A stretch of DNA of 36,225 nt from assembly GCA_001816915.1 (NCBI GenBank), contig MHCL01000008.1, forward strand, positions 17,040 to 53,264. The letters are read 5' to 3'. Position 1 is the stretch's first letter, and each line of letters begins with the position of its first letter. Source of the stretch: Candidatus Chisholmbacteria bacterium RIFCSPLOWO2_01_FULL_49_14 (GTDB lineage: Bacteria; Patescibacteriota; Microgenomatia; UBA1400; Chisholmbacteraceae). This document shows, in pieces, positions 34,595-36,225 of the stretch. Made by a program: the position numbers and the translations under genes. Under the pieces are notes generated by a model. It saw only the letters and a program-made list of their open reading frames with translations, searched no databases and had not been told where the DNA came from.

Positions 34595-34850
34595 CGTATA
34601 GCAGATAGCAGAGAGACAATAGATAAACAGTTGATAGACATCGATAGACAGTGGATAGACAGCAGCAAGAAAATAGCAGAGAGCGAAGAGCTGATAGACA
34701 ATAGATAAACAATTGATAGACACAGATAGACAGTGGATAGACAGTAGCAAGAAAATAGCTGAGAGCGGATAGCAGATAGCAATAAGTAATGAGTAGGAAG
34801 ATATGAGAAAGGAGTAGGGAATAGAGATCAGAGGATAGACAACCAATAAC
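34595..34850 (+). repeat. Purine-rich GATAGAC tract containing an 82-nt-period tandem duplication
   Basis: Near-identical 72-nt units at 34614-34685 and 34696-34767. Confidence 0.85.
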
Positions 34851-34854
34851 TAAT

Positions 34855-35337
34855 ATGGAATTGAAACTTGTACCAATCAAGAAACCGGAAGATGTGAATA
34901 TCATTATCGGACAGGCGCACTTCATCAAAACCGTTGAGGATATCCATGAATTGATGGTGACTTCAATTCCCGATGTTACTTTCGGGCTGGCATTTTGCGA
35001 AGCTTCGGGCGCGAGGCTCGTCCGTACGAGCGGAACGGACGAGCAGCTCATTGGCATTGCCCAAAAAAACGCATCAGCGGTCGGAGCCGGGCACGCGTTC
35101 TACCTGGTACTCAAAGGATCCTATCCGATCAATATTCTGCCGAGGCTTAAACAGGTACCGGAGGTGGTTTCCATTTTCTGTGCCACCGCCAATGACGTGT
35201 CAATCGTTGTCGCGCAGACAAGGAGCGGCCGCGCGATTTTGGGCGTTGTTGACGGAGCGCCTCCTCTTGGGGTTGAAGATGCAAGAGAGAAAAAAGAACG
35301 GGTAAGATTTTTGAGAAAGATCGGATACAAGCTCTAA
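34855..35337 (+). CDS. Adenosine-specific kinase family (PAE2307-like) protein
   Basis: N.IIGQAHFIKTVED, FCEASG..LVR..G, GAGH.F, CATAN, GVVDG, FLRKIGYK. Confidence 0.88.
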   Translation: MELKLVPIKKPEDVNIIIGQAHFIKTVEDIHELMVTSIPDVTFGLAFCEASGARLVRTSGTDEQLIGIAQKNASAVGAGHAFYLVLKGSYPINILPRLKQVPEVVSIFCATANDVSIVVAQTRSGRAILGVVDGAPPLGVEDAREKKERVRFLRKIGYKL

Positions 35338-35438
35338 CAAATTAAATATTTAAAATGACTAATTTAAATATAGAATGACAAATTTAAAAATTCTTTAAGA
35401 AAAGAATAGATTTCATTTGTCATTTGTCATTTGAAATT
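35338..35438. repeat. AT-rich heptamer tract with an orientation switch
   Basis: AAATGAC/GAATGAC units followed by their reverse complement, TCATTTG TCATTTG TCATTTG. Confidence 0.6.
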
Positions 35439-35441
35439 GCT

Positions 35442-35852
35442 ATGAAAGATTGCGTGTTTTGCGAGATTGTATCGGGAAAGAGGCCGGCGGATATCGTCTA
35501 CAGTGATGATCGATACTTGGCTCTGTTGGATATCCGTCCGCTGACCCGAGGGAATTGTCTGGTTATTCCGAAGGATCATATTCAGTGGCCGGATGACGTC
35601 CCCGATTTCGGTGCTTACTTTGAAACGGCAAAGATGGTCGGCAAAGCTGCGCAGCGGGCGCTGGGATCAACATGGACGCAGTATCTGACCATCGGACACG
35701 AGGTTCCGCATGCGCATATCCGGGTGATTCCCCGGTTCCGGGATGATTTACAGGGGGCTGTACCGGATCTAACTAAAATCGAAAATTTGTCTCGGTCAGA
35801 GATGGAGGAGATTGCCGGAAGCATACAAAAGGAAATAAAAAGGATCGGTTGA
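35442..35852 (+). CDS. HIT-family nucleotide hydrolase
   Basis: DCVFCEI, LDI.P..RG..LVIPK.H, EVPHAHIRVIPR. Confidence 0.9.
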   Translation: MKDCVFCEIVSGKRPADIVYSDDRYLALLDIRPLTRGNCLVIPKDHIQWPDDVPDFGAYFETAKMVGKAAQRALGSTWTQYLTIGHEVPHAHIRVIPRFRDDLQGAVPDLTKIENLSRSEMEEIAGSIQKEIKRIG

Positions 35853-35920
35853 GCGTATTACAATAATTGTACATAGCAGAGGTGTTCGACCCGAGTCTAA
35901 CCACCTTGGATGGGGTCTAG

Positions 35921-36050
35921 TCACAAATTCTTGACTTGCTCTCCGCCAGCTGGCTCTGTACCAGACGGTAACAGGGCTGGCGGACTCGAATGCAGGAAAT
36001 ATTGCTGGACTTCTCGGATCGAGACAAGCTCAATTCGGGGGGAGGTGTCT
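35921..36050. repeat. Nested palindromic (REP-like) units in the rpsU leader
   Basis: TCCGCCAGCT...GCTGGCGGA enclosing CTGTACC-AGAC-GGTAACAG, flanked by TTCTTG...CAGGAA; then TTCTCGGAT-CGAGACAAGCTCA-ATTCGGGGGA. Confidence 0.55.
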
Positions 36051-36061
36051 AAAGAAAACAT

Positions 36062-36225
36062 ATGGCAACAGTAGTCAAGGCGAAACAAGATGAATCGCCT
36101 GATAGTGTGATTCGCCGGTTTAAAAAGAAAGTAATAGAGAACGAGGTGCTGACTGAACTCAAACGGCGGGAATACTATCGAAAACCGAGCGTTGAACGAA
36201 AGGAGCGGCGCAAAGAGTTGGAACG
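36062..36225 (+). CDS. rpsU: 30S ribosomal protein S21 (partial)
   Basis: Manual translation MATVVKAKQDESPDSVIRRFKKKV...LKRREYYRKPSVERK. Runs off the window; absent from the ORF track. Confidence 0.93.
   Translation, partial: MATVVKAKQDESPDSVIRRFKKKVIENEVLTELKRREYYRKPSVERKERRKELE

Noticed and set aside
34614-34767. Possible CRISPR array
   Set aside because: Only two long near-identical units separated by 10 nt; no unique spacers and no cas genes.
34498-35057. Leu/Ser/Tyr/Cys-rich minus-strand ORFs (also 9926-10165)
   Set aside because: Artefacts of the purine-rich GATAG repeats, whose reverse strand has few stop codons.

Overview
Chromosomal segment of a bacterium that looks like Patescibacteria/CPR (Microgenomates-like). 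This is inferred from the short EF-Ts, the absence of pyrH/uppS/cdsA/dxr from the rpsB-tsf-frr-rseP-proS block, many apparently leaderless genes and degenerate heptamer-repeat tracts. Core genes are topA, class II RNR (nrdJ), rpsB, tsf, frr, rseP, proS, yvcK, a DHH protein, an adenosine-kinase-family protein, a HIT protein and rpsU (partial). Between ~8.4 and 25.7 kb is a dense nucleotide/one-carbon cluster interleaved with orphan ORFs: an MtrA-like/ThyA/DUF4346-like fusion, an APH-like kinase plus P-loop kinase, two HADs, a DNPH1-like/Tmk fusion, a Maf/Ham1-like protein, an Xpt-like PRTase plus P-loop kinase, glyA, folD and a Gmk-like kinase. No recognisable DHFR is present. A glycoside-hydrolase-like gene on the minus strand at the left edge and rpsU at the right edge are missing from the ORF track. 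The most novel-looking signals are non-coding: (1) three copies of a ~200-nt structured element with compensatory changes and a candidate pseudoknot; (2) a recurrent promoter -> leader terminator -> gene architecture in front of at least six accessory genes; (3) a ~165-nt candidate sRNA; (4) 7-nt-period repeats that have entered topA, nrdJ, glyA and proS in frame. All family calls come from motifs recognised by eye; no searches were run.
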